A stretch of DNA of 64,000 bases. Origin: Antedon mediterranea. Its lineage: Eukaryota; Animalia; Echinodermata. Position 1 is the first letter of the stretch. Each line of letters starts with the position of its first letter. Location: assembly GCF_964355755.1 (NCBI RefSeq), contig NC_092675.1, forward strand, positions 28,988,912 to 29,052,911, given 5' to 3'. The notes under the pieces were generated by a model. That model was not told the DNA's origin, did no database searches, and saw only the letters and a list, made by a program, of their open reading frames with translations. Shown here in pieces: positions 23,601 through 38,600 of this stretch. A program made the translations under genes and the position numbers.

Positions 23601-26600
23601 GTTATCAACGGCCTCTGTTGAAAATTGATCAGGTTGAAACCTTACCAACCGTATTGGTGGCTACAGCCCTGTTAAAACAACAGTGGTTTTATACCATCGG
23701 AATGGAGAATTCGAAAAGCAGTGACCTTCATACTTTTTGCTTTAGAATCTTGTTCAAAATGTATAGTATCTCAATAATGATATAATACTATGAACTACAC
23801 TTTTGAAAACATGTAATCCTTCAAGTGCATTTTAGCTTCAAGCTCAATAAGACATTTCCGGTGATAAAGCTTGTAAATGTAAATGATAATTTTAGTGAAA
23901 ATGACAAGGTAAATGAACCATAATTAATAGGGTTATTTAACGACAGCGTTTGGTTCGTGAATATAAAGTTGGTAAAGTCTGTGCAGTAGATGCACAAATT
24001 TCCATTGAAACTAGAAAGGTCAAAGAAGATTTAAAGAAAATCTTTTCTTTCCGTTAGATGACCTTCAAATTATCCTAGTTTTTCCATAGTGTTTTATTAT
24101 GTGACGTTTACATACAGGGTAGCACACAAACAGAGTGTTAACTTTAGCAGTTTGTCAAGACTAATTTCAATCCTAACATAATAAATGTAATATACTGTGG
24201 CAGTGTAATATAATATATATCCAAATAAAGTATAGAAATAATGACGATTTTGTAAGTTTTTAAAATACATTTTAGGATATAAGATCTTTGACAGATAACT
24301 CTTCTAAAGCCTCTAATAGGAAGTGCTTGATACGAATGACCTATATTTTATATAACTCCTGATTCACACAACAAATTGGTGTTATAATGGCTCAATGAAA
24401 ATGCAATGACCAACTCTTAAACTTTTCAGCCATGATAAAATCCTCCTCTTATTAACATACAATAATAGTCTAAAGTACTGTAGCTTCAAAATCTGAAGCC
24501 TTTTTGAGCTGTAAAGACGGTTAAAATATCTGTAAATTTGAGAACGTCAGAAAATGTTCAAACGGCCAAACATTGGGATAACTCTCTGAGCCTACAGTAG
24601 TAAAATCTTGTTAATATTACTGTACTGCTGCCATTTGAAGTCTGATTTATGTGAGAATGGTTAGATACATCTTTGTATGCTGCAATCTGAAAGAGAGTAA
24701 AACAATAGGTCAGAGTCTCAATACTGTATGTCTTTGTATGCTGCAATCTGAAAGAGAGTAAAACAATAGGTCAGAGTCTCAATACTGTATGTCTTTGTAT
24801 GCTGCAATCTGAAAGAGAGTAAAACAATAGGTCAGAGTCTCAATACTGTATGTCTTTGTATGCTGCAATCTGAAAGAGAGTAAAACAATAGGTCAGAGTC
24901 TCAATACTGTATGTCTTTGTATGCTGCAATCTGAAAGAGAGTAAAACAATAGGTCAGAGTCTCAATACTGTATGTCTTTGTATGCTGCAATCTGAAAGAG
25001 AGTACAACAATAGGTCTGAGTCTCAATACTGTATGTCTTTGTATGCTGCAATCTGAAAGAGAGTAAAACAATATAGGTCAGAGTCTCAATACTGTATGTC
25101 TTTGTATGCTGCAATCTGAAAGAGAGTAAAACAATAGGTCAGAGTCTCAATACTGTATGTCTTTGTATGCTGCAATCTGAAAGAGAGTAAAACAATAGGT
25201 CAGAGTCTCAATACTGTCTTTATTTGGATTGAGTTGCATGTTTCTTATGTTGCCAGCATTTATTAATGTTCTTGTATTCTTCCATGTAGAAAGTTATTCA
25301 ATCCAGCACAGTACTTCCTAATACAAGGTTCTACACATCTGGAATATAATAACACATCCAGTATTACCCTCTGTATTATACTTTAGTATGTGTTAATATC
25401 ATACCGCAATAATAATACTTGTACCCATCTTTCCTTTCTGGATTATCAATGCCTTGTGTTTTGCATTATAAGAACAGGAACATGAACTTTTCACACAGAC
25501 TTATTTAAGATAATCTTGAGAAAGGAGTAATATCCGAATCAGATGTTTTTTATTTCCCACAGAAAATAATACAAGTACTAATAATGTACAATGTAAAGCT
25601 CTGTCTACACTATAAAACTACTTTAGAAAAGTGTGATGTGCCCAAATATGGTAGTGATATGCCCAAATATACTAGTGATAGGATATCATCATGTCCATAT
25701 ACAGCCACACCACATTTTTTTTAAACATGAAGTTTGATATTGTAGACAGAGCTTAAAGGTACTGTAATATTTGGATATACTATTTTTGTTGAAAAAGAAC
25801 ATGTTTCTTTAGAAGTATACAAAAAGAAAGGAAAACAGCATTCATTGCTGCTGCAATATACATGAGTAGACAACAAAAAGGAAACTTTGCTGCAGAGATT
25901 TGAAAATGTCAAGAAAATCTGTCTCTTTGTCTGTCTTTTATTGTATTCATGCTGTGTGGGCTTATGACATTATCATGTCCAGGTTTAAAAAAATATCTTT
26001 TTATGCAGGCAAGACAAAATGCAAACAAAAGCAAACAGAAAGTATTATTATTTAATAAACATTATTAAAACTAAGTAATACTTAATCTACTGTTGAGAAT
26101 GAATTGATGGTCATTACTTGCTCTATGGATGAGATATTAAGCTGTTGATCCAATCTAAGGTTATCACATGTCATATCATTTTCACATTCCCATTATAGTA
26201 GATTTGCATCTTCAATGTTATTTCTTGGTCAGTTTTTTTTCTTAAGAATATATGTTGTTGTCAGAATTTCTAAACTTCACATATTATTAGTACATATTTT
26301 CGCTTTACTTTTGGTTCAATGTTCTAAAATCGAATAGGTAAATTATTGTGACAAATGTAGACAATTTATTATTAATTAACTAAATCAAATTATTGGATAT
26401 GAATTAAATTGTATATCTTATGCCTTGTCTACTCAAGAGCTAATGTACAAAGATATGAGCCTGGTATCTTCTGGTTAATCTTCTTAAGATGTGGTGACGG
26501 CATATGACATTGTACAAAAGACAAACCCATATTACATTGGATATATGTTAATACTCTGACTGGTTTAGTTTAAAACGCTTTTCTACATTTAACATGATAA

Positions 26601-29600
26601 TTTATTAAAATATTGCTTTAGATCTTCACTTGTAATCGATCACTAACCTTTTCTTTCGATTTCTGTCCTAAAAATAAGTTTTGAATGACTACTGCTAGAT
26701 TTTATGTCAAGAGGATTTCAAAATTAAACTTAAACAAGAACATCAAACAATTATAATAAACAATATTTACTATTAGAATAGGAAAAATCAGTGAAATGCA
26801 TTAATCTATCGCAAAGTATTAGGGCTGGACATTACTCCTGAACAAGATATATCATCGTAAGAAAAGCGAGACAGAATTTATCAGCGTAATTCAACTAAAA
26901 GAAGATTATCACCAAGCACGTTGTTACGCTAATGATAATGGACGCAACATCCAGTCAACGACCTAACAACTAGCTTTACAGACACGACAGTCTCTCCTTA
27001 GCGATAATAATCAAGTTATGTTGAGTCCTTGTATCTGATACTCTTATCAATCTTTAAGTTGATATCACAGTCATCTTTCATCAATTTAGTTGTGTATTGC
27101 TATACTGTACAATGATTGCTAACATATGTTTCATACATTATATTGATGATCCTGTGTGTACTTGATCACTTTTTCAAAATCAATCTGGTGGCACAAATTA
27201 GTCTGACCTTTGTGCTCTGCTATCCATTGCTATAGTTAGTACATAATGCCTGTTAAAGCTTGGTTCCCATATAAGGTACAAGGCAAGTACATGCAAGCAA
27301 ATTGACCAATAATAAATGACGAATCATACAAACTGTTGTTTGTGATTGGTCAATTTAATTGTATGTACTGTACCTTCTTGCGTTGTGTCCAAGTGGGAAT
27401 TTTTGACTTACTTAACTGGACCATTCTTAGTACAGGTTGTCACTACAGTACATTAGTGGGGGCTAGAGTAGTCACTTGTAGTGGCTGGAGTAGTCACTAG
27501 TAGTGGCTGGAGTAGTCACTAGTAGTGGCTGGAGTAGTCACTAGTAGTGGCTGGAGTAGTCACTAGTAGTGGCTGGAGTAGTCACTAGTAGTGACTGGAT
27601 AAATACTTTTCGTAAGATACAGGTACAGTATCACTATTTTATCATGTGTCATTAACAAATAATGATAAAACACCCCAATTAATATCCCCCTCCTCTTACA
27701 AATTACATATTATTAGAACAGACATTTCAATTGATGCTTTAGAATGAAGAATAATTTATTCAATTTCTTCATTTACTTTAGCTTAGTTCATTTTTCTGTC
27801 AACTTTCAAACTACAATATGAATTCTTCTTTGAGCTTTCCCAAGCTGGCGACATTTAAGTCATGTATAATCATAATCGTCATTTGTATATCTTTTATTGT
27901 TTTGTATGGCAGGTACAGACAGCGACAATGAAGCTTCATTGAACAAAATTCAATTCATCATTAGCAAAATGATGAAGAAGCTAGCTATAACCTTTAAGTC
28001 TTATCACATTACTAGAAACACCTGCTTGAAAGTAGGACGAAAAAGTTACTGAGCTTTACAGAATATTGAAATAGCTTGAAATAAAACAAAAACCGAACTG
28101 AATTAAAATGTGAAAAAATATTGAAATTTGTCGTTATTCACTTTATTAATATTTATATATAATGTTTGCTTTTTATTTGTACAATATTCATTTCATCTTT
28201 TATTTCTTAAAAAATAATACAAAATACAAAATTATACCATATTTATTTGATGTACGTTTATTGCATTGTTTTTAAGGGTGGAGGGAATGTTTATTTTGTA
28301 CGGTGTAATTATTATCAAATAAATATTTCCTAGATATGAAAAAAATTAACAAAATTAATATCAAGACGTGAAATTGTATTAAAATTTGTGATAAATCGTG
28401 GATCTGTCAATCAAGGAATTCTACTACAAATAGAAATGCATGTGTCGAGACGTTTATTCGAGTAATAATATAAGTATTGATTCTGAACTTGCCATTTACA
28501 AACTTTCTCATAAACTGCTTTCGGTTTTTCATTTATAAATTTATTGTCATATTAAGACTTTTTTACATGTATAGATATTATTTCTAGGGCTGATCCAGAG
28601 GCGTCATTTGTATTTGCAATATGAAACGCTGAATCTGCCGCTACCTGTTTCTTTTTATGACTAATGTTCTATATTTATGTTTATATTATCATTAGTTGTA
28701 AGTAAGCTCAAATTACAGAAAACTATATGTAAAATAATCTTTATAGTGGTCCATAAAATAATATTGCGTATCACAGACAATTTTATATAGATGTTTGACA
28801 GGATGATTTGATATGATTATTTTAGAGATATACCAACACTATCCAAAATCTTTTTCCCTTTATAGTCTTTAAATGTGTACGGTCCCTATTTCAAACTTGT
28901 CACAAAACATGGATGTACTGTGCACTAGTTTGAAGCATGGAGGAAAAAATAAATTATATTATTTTTTCCTCCATGGTTGAAGATACTACAGAACTATATT
29001 TTGAGCCGTGTATCAGCCCAATTGCTGTAAACACTGGGGTTCCCATTAAAATTGTACATTTTAATTTGTAAACAAAGTGGCTTGTCATGTATAAAATATT
29101 AATAATCAATTACAATGTGAGAAAATTCATTTAAAATCCTCAGAGCAATATGAGAGATTGTATGTTTTAAAACGAATTATCCTTTGCATCCAGTGTTGGA
29201 CATCAAGCTACAGTATGTACTGTGCACATACCCGCAATTAATGGACCCTCTGAAATTACCTTAAGCTCTGTCTACACTAGTTTGACAACAAGTGTGAGGT
29301 ACCCAAATATGGTAGTGATATACCCAAATATGGTAGTGATATGACATCATCATGTCCATATATGGGTACGTCATCACATAAAGTTTGATAGTGTAGACAG
29401 AGCTTTAGTTCATCCAGTTTGTATTCTTTGTGTCTTATGTCTTTTTTATTTTTTTATTTTTAGGTTAAAACTGAAGTGTCTGGTACCTTCAATCTTGTTC
29501 AGTCCATTAACACAACAAAAGAATCACTGGAAAAAGTAAGTCGTATTGGGAAATACAACATGTTAATTATATGGAATAAATTCTGTTTAGTTAATACAAC

Positions 29601-32600
29601 AAAAGAAACACTGGAAAAAATGAGTCACTATATGAAACATGTTAATTATGTTGACTCAAGCTAATAATAATTTTTTATTTTATTCAACTTCTCACTACTA
29701 AAAACGGTCCAGTCCCAATTGCACAGTGGCTGTGTGTGACAGTGGCTGTGTTTGTGTGGACCTAAGTACACCGTAGTAACCCCCTACTCATCTCAAAAGA
29801 TGTACTATGTTCTAATATAACATAATGAAAAAAAAAACAAAAGAAAGACTGGAAAAGTCACTATATGAATGTTAATTAAATATCGTTCTGGCCATTGACA
29901 CAACAAATTGTAACGAATATGTCATTAATGTAAATTGAACATGTCATGCTAATTTTATGTTTGGTGTAATTTCTTATTTTTTAACGCCAGGCCAAAGAAA
30001 CTTACAATACACGATGTATAGAGCACGAGAAATTGAAACGAGATAGCGCAACGTCAAAAGAAATAGAAAAAGCAGAAACTAAATACAAGAAAGCAAGTAA
30101 GTAAATTGAAGCCATTCTTTTTAAGTTAAGCTATGTTAGATGCTAACTCCACTTTATGCATGCTTAAAGCTCAGCTACGTAGATCTGGTAGGCGCTGCAC
30201 TGCTGGCTGCCGTGGGTCCGTGGAGGGCCTAATCCGAATTTCCTCAGTTTCCAGTTATGGTTGAGGACCAGAATAATACATTTAATATTGACAAGCGTGA
30301 ATTTTGAATATAATATTTGGTTAATTGTACATAAATTGAGTATGTGTAACATACATAAATCATGAAAAAAAAATAGGAATTTCCCATAAGATAGTCAAAT
30401 TCAAAATTTGGCAAAATTCTGCCATAAAAACCAGAGACTTTTTTTCAGTAGTTTAGGTAGTTTAACCTAATGTAATAATGTCTGATGACTCCCTAGAAAA
30501 TGGGGAAAACAAAGATGGTGGATATACGGTAGATAATTTTTGCTATGCTCAAAAAAAATAATTTGATGTTGAATTCCTATATTAAATCATCTGATAACAT
30601 TTTTTAACACACCGTTTATTTTCTCTCTTTTTACACATTTTTATACAAAAGAATAGCGGTTTTACTGTGTAATTTGATAAGGAAGTGTTTATTTTCAAAA
30701 AGATAACACAAATAAAATCTATAGATTGATAATTATTGGAATGTACAGTATGATACAGTAAATAGAAGTGTTTTGCCCGCACCTGACCTTTAAGCTGATC
30801 TGAATCATATCTAAGTTACATCTGATATACTGTAAGGGCTTATGTCTCTATATAACTCGGATGTATCTCTGAAAACAGTTGAACTCTGAAAGATTTATAT
30901 CAGATGTTTAACTGGTGTATTTTTTGCGTTTTAAACCTAAACTGCAATGTATATGATAATTTTACAGTATGTCTGTAACTTATAATGTTTTTCTTCAAGG
31001 TTTTAATTATCTATTATAATATTTATGATGCATTTTATGAAAGGTCTCCTATAATTTTGTGACCTCCATATTGGATGTATTAAATCATATTGTAAAATAA
31101 TACTTGGTTAATAAGTTATGAAAAAAAATTGTTAGGAAAGAAGATTAAGTACAGGATATGATTGTTAAACAATGGTTCAACGAAACGAGTGTGGGTGACT
31201 ACACATTACCAATAGAGTGCTGTAAAATAAATAGAAAAAGGAAACATGTCAATAATTGTTATTCTTATGGTTTTCGTTGTGTATATTGTAACCACAATTA
31301 TCGTAACATGTTTATTTTTTACTGTTTTCCTGAATTACCTCAGTATTATTATGTAATTGCTATCAGAGCTTACATGTTCAATAAACAATTAATATAAATT
31401 TAAGCTTGGTTCCCACTTAAGACGCAACTCAAGGGCGTAAAGAGCAATGCAAGTGGTTTAACCAATTACACGCGACAGTTGGAATAATTCATCACTTGTC
31501 ATTGGTTTGATTGTTTACGTTGCGATAACGTTCTTGCGTTACGTTCTAGTGGGAACCAAGCAAAAGGAATTCCTGGTTATGTACAATGGTCACAAAATCT
31601 CAGTTACTAGATCACAGACATAAGGGAAACGCAAGTGACTTAACCAATGACATGCAACAGTTTGAATAATTCATCCCTTGTCATTGGTCAAATTACTTAC
31701 GTTGCGCTTGCGTTACCTTCTAGTGGGAACCAAACATAAGGAATCGATCCCTGGTACAAAGGTCAGAAAATCTCAGTTACTACAGTAAATCACATTCATT
31801 TCATTAATGTTGTGTAATAATATAAAAAGATAGTTTATTGGTTTGTTTATGTTTCATTTGATTAGTGGATGAATACAGGTCGTTAGTGGAGAAGTATGCA
31901 AATCTAAAGAACGACTATGAACAGCAGATGACAGACACAAGTCATGTAAGTGATGCCACGTCTATTGTTTATGTCTGAATGTCTCTAATCAACAACCAGT
32001 CTGAATACAGGTTTACTCAAAGAACCTTTAAAGAATATTTTATGTAATCTTTATCATATGTTGCTTATATTTGTATATTTTAGTTGAGTACTATATGTAC
32101 CAAGGGCCCGTAAGGCCCATTTATATTAGGAAGATAACGATCGACAATAAATAGATAAGCACGCATTTTTCTTACATAAAACAAAATCAATTAGACAGAT
32201 TTTCCTTTTAAAAATATTTTTTTAATTCAATTAAATTTTGTCATAATCAATAAAAAGAATAAAATTGTTGTATTGTCTCAGTATTATTGCTATAATCAAT
32301 CATGGCATCATATGATTGGATGTGTGAAAATATTATATTCATCAAAGGCAGCATAGATGATTATCTATATTTATAGACTGAAATTTTTTTTGTTTTATGT
32401 ATGAAAAATGCGTATTTGTCTATTCCTTAATGTCCTAGTGTAAATGGGCCTTAAGTGAAACCATCTTTTGACTGATTGGACCAACACCCTGTTTTATTTA
32501 TTATTGTGAATTAATGATTTAAAATAGAAACTAATAAATAAATGTAGCCACCAAATGAACACACAAAATAGCTAGTTAGTTTAATACAGAAGTAACATTA

Positions 32601-35600
32601 TTCTTATTCATATTTTTACTAGAAATTTCAACAAATAGAAGAAAGCCATTTGAAGGAAATGAAGGATTTTATCAGGTCTTATAATTCATCGGTCCATGAA
32701 TGTAACAACAGCCTAGGACAGGTACTCAGTTTAAGTTCAAATTATTTCCACAAATATACAAAATCAACAATGTGTACAATATAGTAAACTACAGGAATAG
32801 AAAAAAAAACAGCTGTAAACATAAACTTGAAGTTCAGTTAAAGTGATGGAGATAACATTAAATGAGGATGATAAAAATGAGGATGGTGGTGTTGATTTTA
32901 TTGAGCGAACTTTTGTTTTGCAAAGACCGACGACCAATCTAGGTCAGGTCAATCGATGTGTTGTCGGACATTGCCTGGACCGTCTAGAAACCATCAAACA
33001 CGTCCCGATATCTCACAATGAACAAGCATGACATTGTTTGGTCATCTTGAATACTCCACAAGGAAGTCTGACAAAGAGTCCTTGGGGAGGCCTTATTAAT
33101 TGGACACTATCTCTTTTAAATGTATCACAATTAGTGGCTTCAAAGTAGAAAGCTTCCTAATAAGAATGGTGGTAATAGTGATAATGATGGTGTCGATGAT
33201 GATGATGATTATGGTGATGAAAAATTAATCAGACTTATGTAGCGCCGGTATTCATAATAGTAATGATATTTATGATAAAGATGATGATGATTTCAATGAT
33301 AATGATAAATATAGAATAATAATGAAATTAGTAATAATTGAAAAGAGGTTGAGGAGAGGATGAGAATAAACACATCTATTACACATTTTAATTTCAACAG
33401 ATTCAACATGAGTTTTCACAGCAGTGTGAAGACATGACGGAACAGAAATTAATTGAAGTGTATGTTGATTCTAAGGGAACAGGCAAAGATAAACTGCGTA
33501 AGTATTTACAATTATTCTGTGCACTTTAATATTTTATTTTGGAAAAGTGTTTGAGAAATGCTGAAAATGGTGTCAAACCTTTTCAAATGCGATTTTGAGG
33601 CTGTTTTGTACTCTTTTATGTTTTAATGTGAACTCTATCACTTAAACCATGTGGACACTGTTTGCACTCAGAGCCTCTAATTCCTGCAAAGTTTTAAGCT
33701 ACTATTTTATAACAGACACTGTTTGCACTCAGAGCCTCTAATTCCTGCAAAGTTTTAAGCTACTATTTTATAACAGACACTGTTTGCACTCAGAGCCTCT
33801 AATTCCCGCTTTTTTTAAGCTACTATTTTATAACAGAAATTTCCTACAAAACATTTTTTTTTAATTTGACAATTCGTTGTCAAGTAAAGTAAAAACTAGG
33901 ATATTTAAATAATTGAATTATCATGATCCATAAAAACTGCTGTAAATAGTACTAATTATAAAAAAAGATAATAAATATCTAATAGACATGATTCAAAACG
34001 TTTCAGACATCAAAGGAGACAATTATTGGATTATGACTCGAAAGTGAAACATTTTCTTTAGAATTCTGTTTGTTTGCTTTATCTTTGTTTTTTTTATTAA
34101 TTAATTTGTTTCGCTTTTTATACATATTATCATGATTCATTTAGCTAATTACTGTGTCTGTTAGTTCTCGTATACCTGAAATTTATCATAAGAACTAGAC
34201 ATCAATTCAGCAACATCTAGAGGGCAGGTTAGGACCTCCTAAAAATGGCCACTATACATATTATTTAGTATGCTTGAAGAGTATTAGAAAGAACCACATA
34301 ATTATAAACATATATATTGTTAAATACAGTATAATTTTTTTTTAAAAAAATAGCTCTATCTATCTAAAATCTATAAATTCTTAGTAAAATGTTTTATTTC
34401 CTAATATGGCAATTATAATGTATTCTCACATTGACACTGTCAACACGCTACATAATAGTGCGTGACTGAGTAAGGGACGTGACTTCAAACTTTTAGCGTA
34501 CAGTATCTGATTGGCCGATTGATGCAGCCATATTTGGTGATTTTTCTCCATGAGCTGTGATTGTGTTAGAAGTTGACCTTCTAGTTCTTACAATATGTTT
34601 ATGGGAAAAACCCCTTTATTTTGTACCAGCATCATTTAAAAAATACTAATTTGGAAATTTCAATAAATCTAATTTAGCTCTTATGTCGTCTTATATATGT
34701 ATTTCTATGTAGTTTATTAATAACCACAGCTACGCATTGGTTTTAATATTGAACTATAGTATAAATATATCATTTTTCAGGGATTTTAACCTTTTTTTTT
34801 TCTTCTTAACATATTATTATAATCTATTTCCTTCCTTTTGCTCTTAACCTTTTTGTTACAAACTAATTTTAAATCTTTTTTATAATGTACACATTGTCAA
34901 TCATTGTGTATTTTAATCGCCTAACAACATTTAGTTAGGTCCAAAGTTATTATACAGATGCCTTCTATATGTGCTTATATTTTTTGTGGTATATTTACAA
35001 TTTAATAGTTTCTTTTTTATTTATTATGCTCATATTATTATAGATTTTGTTTGCTACTGTTATTTTAGTAATTAGAATGCCGCATTTCTACACCAATAAA
35101 ATAAACCATTAGATTTATAGAATTTCTATATACACATTTTACATTTTATTATGAACACATGATATTTCAAATAAATGTATTCAATTATTTGATTGTCGCT
35201 CTGGACTTTTTTTTCTTATTATTGAGTGGTTATTCTCTGTTTCTATCAAATTCATTATTTTGATGATAATATAAAATACTCTGAAAAAAGGTGAAAATAA
35301 ACAAATATTAAAATTAAATATATAATCATAAGGGTACCGGACCGTATTTCTAAAGCTCTGTCTATACTATCACACTAGTTTAACAAAAAAAGTGATGTGC
35401 CCAAATACTGTAGTGTAGTGATATGCCCAAATATGGTAGTGATATGACATCATCATCCATATATGGACACATCTCATTTGTCACATAAAGTTTGATAGTG
35501 TAGACAAGGCTTGATTTAATGTAATTAATACAAATAATTATGTATATAATAACAAAGGTAACATTTTTCTTCTTTTTTTTTATTGACAGCATCAATCGAA

Positions 35601-38600
35601 TTTGAAGAATGTGACATTTCCAATATACCAATTACTGAAACAATTCAGAAGGAAAAGACCAAGAAAAAGAAGAAAGCAAAAAAGAAAAAGGATAAAACTG
35701 CAGAGAATGGAACCGGTGAAGGGTAAGCTCAAAATGAAATGTAAACTGTATAAAATATGTACAGTACTCCAACATCAAAATAAATAAATTTATGGACAGC
35801 ACTCATGAAATTGAACTTAAGCTCTACACTATTAAACTAGTTTGACAAAAAAATGGTAGTGACATGACATCATCTTGTCCATATATGAGCTCATCACATT
35901 TTGTTGTCACATAAATTTAATAGTGTAGATAGAGCTTTAGAGTTCACAAAACGTCAGCAAGTTTTATCCAATTTCACTTGGTTTAAAGAATAATTCTCAA
36001 AATGAAATAAAATAGTTAAAAGTTATAATAAATGATTAATAATAATTTCATCTTGAACAATTTCAAATAGTTACCTCTTATAAGGGATATTTATATTTAT
36101 AATTTTTAAGCATAATTTGATTAACAAATATTGTTTATTTGTTTTACAGAGAATCCCCTGATTTGGTAAGTGAATATATTTATATCTTTTTCAATTCATA
36201 ATAATAAATTCAGAAATTGTTATAAAATTGAATCAGTGATTATGTTTTACTGTTTCCAAAGTTGAAATAAGTTAGAATACGTTTTGCCCAACTAAAATGC
36301 ATTAAATATTCAGGGCCTAAAAATGGTGAAATAACCAAATTTAGGGGGCGAGGGGGTGGGTCGACTGTGCCCCCTTGGATCTGTCCCTGGTGGGACTAGA
36401 TCATCGGCCTGTACTTGATGGCTCGGGTCCAACTAAGCAGTGGTTTTTGTATTAGTTTAAAAAATCGTTATTTTAAAATGTGTTTTCGTTATGGTATTAA
36501 TCTTTACTATAAATTTCACTACATAAACAATGTTTTATGCTACTAATTTCATAATCAATCTCAACATTTATTATTCAATGTCAAAACAACACAGGCTTCT
36601 TGTTAGATCATGTATAGCTACATTCATTTGTGATTAACAGGAGGCTGATGGTACTATGTATTGTCAGTGCCAGCAGTCTAGGGAAGCTTAAAGAATTTGA
36701 CTGACTGAAAATCATACATAGTATTAGTGCCATTTGTGGCACTGTCATCTGTGGTAGTGTCATTTTGTGGCACTTCCATCTGTGGTAGTGCTATTTGTGG
36801 TAGTGCCATTTTGTGGCATTGTCATCTTTTGTAGTGCCATTTGTGGTAGTGCCATTTTGTGGTAGTGTCATCTGTGGTAGTGCCATTTTATGGCACTGTC
36901 ATCTGTGGTACTGCCATTTTATGGTAGTGCTATTTTGTGGCACTTTCATCTGTGGTAGTGCCATGTTGTGGTAGTGCCATCTGTGGTAGTGCCATCTGTG
37001 GTAGTGCCATCTGTGGTAGTGCCATGTTGTGGTAGTGCCATCTGTGGTAGTGCCATCTGTGGTAGTGCCATGTTGTGGTAGTGCCATGTTGTGGTAGTGC
37101 CATCTGTGGTAGTGCCATCACAGCAGAAGAATATTGTTGTACAGTCTGAGACAACATAGGATATCAACATTGAGTTGTTTATGATTGAAAGGTTCCAGCA
37201 GATGTTCCATAAAATGTTTATGGTATTGTAACAATGTTATGAATTGGGAAATTTGTCAAAAGCCAGTACACAAGTGACTTACAATTCACACATACATTAT
37301 TGAAATATGATAAACAATAAGAACAGTAATATCAACAAACAAAGCAACAACAAGTTATCACCTTTATATTATCTAGGCCAATACACAGCCGCCGAGTGTT
37401 TCATCAAGTCAAAGCAACTTGTCTCTGAGTTCATTCAAACATTTGTGTGTGGTGAGTGTCGGGCTAAGCCAGTGTATGGGTAGTCTATAATGCTTCTGTC
37501 GCAGCTGCATTCATGTTTGCCTCGATTTTGTGTCAATTGCTATAGAAGCTTAATTTCTAAATGGATATGCTTTAATACATTTATTAACAATTTAATACAA
37601 AAAACCTTAATTGAATTGGGTAATTGTAGGTCGTCAGTACAGTATACATACTTAACTTTCCCAGCATGAACTAATTGTTACAATCAAAGTATTGTTTAAT
37701 CCCAGCCCTGGCTTAGCCTTCAAGTGTATTTGTCTGACACCACACATTGTTTTTTTTTACATTTCCCTTGTTTTCCACATTTTGTAGCTTTTTTTTAGTT
37801 GATTAATGTTCATTTTCTTTTACAATTTATTGGGTTTTAAAACTTTCAGGTCTGATAATTGATTGGTTCAAATTTTTATATATAGGTTTTTTAAATTATA
37901 ATTTGGTTAATACATTGAAATATGATGAAATGTTTTGAATTTAATAGTTTTACATTAGGTGAATTAATCTTTTGGCTAAGCAAAATACAATGCCCACTTA
38001 GTAATTGACCAATTTAGAAATCATTTATAAACGAAGTAGACAAATTTAATTATAATCATTGAAAATAGCAAATGGGTTTTCACTCGCCGTCTTTTAAATT
38101 AAATTGATTAAAGTATGATAATTCTAGCAGAATGCAGAAACCAAATGGCTAGTTTTATATAGCCATCAGTATACACAAGATACATTGTTACAAGTAGAAT
38201 TTGAAAAGGACAAAAAAGTAGGAAAAGTTTAAAAATAAGAAGAAAATACTTGTTTCCCTATAACTTATATTAATGTATACATTGAAAGACAATTGTAAGA
38301 ATTTATATTAAAGCCTGCATGCCCATTGCTTGAATTTAAATTGAACAATTTTTAAGATTTTATAAATGCATGTAGTTTCATTTTGAGTGTCTTGGAATTC
38401 AATATTTTCCAAGGACTTGACTATATAGTGAGATTTAGTTCAAAATAATGCATGTGTTTAATTTTACATCGTGCCAAATTTAAATTAGATTCCACTTCAA
38501 TGTAGTTAGATCTTATTAATACTGCATTTAGTTTATAGATTATATTTTTTTTATGAGATTAAGAATATTGGACAAAGCAACACCATAGTATTGATTTTTT

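Noticed and set aside
24670-25218. CRISPR-like appearance of regular repeats
   Set aside because: Head-to-tail units without unique spacers, eukaryotic context, no cas genes.
32930-33300. Possible RTE-type LINE 3' fragment followed by a GAT-rich tail
   Set aside because: Too degenerate to assign without a profile search.
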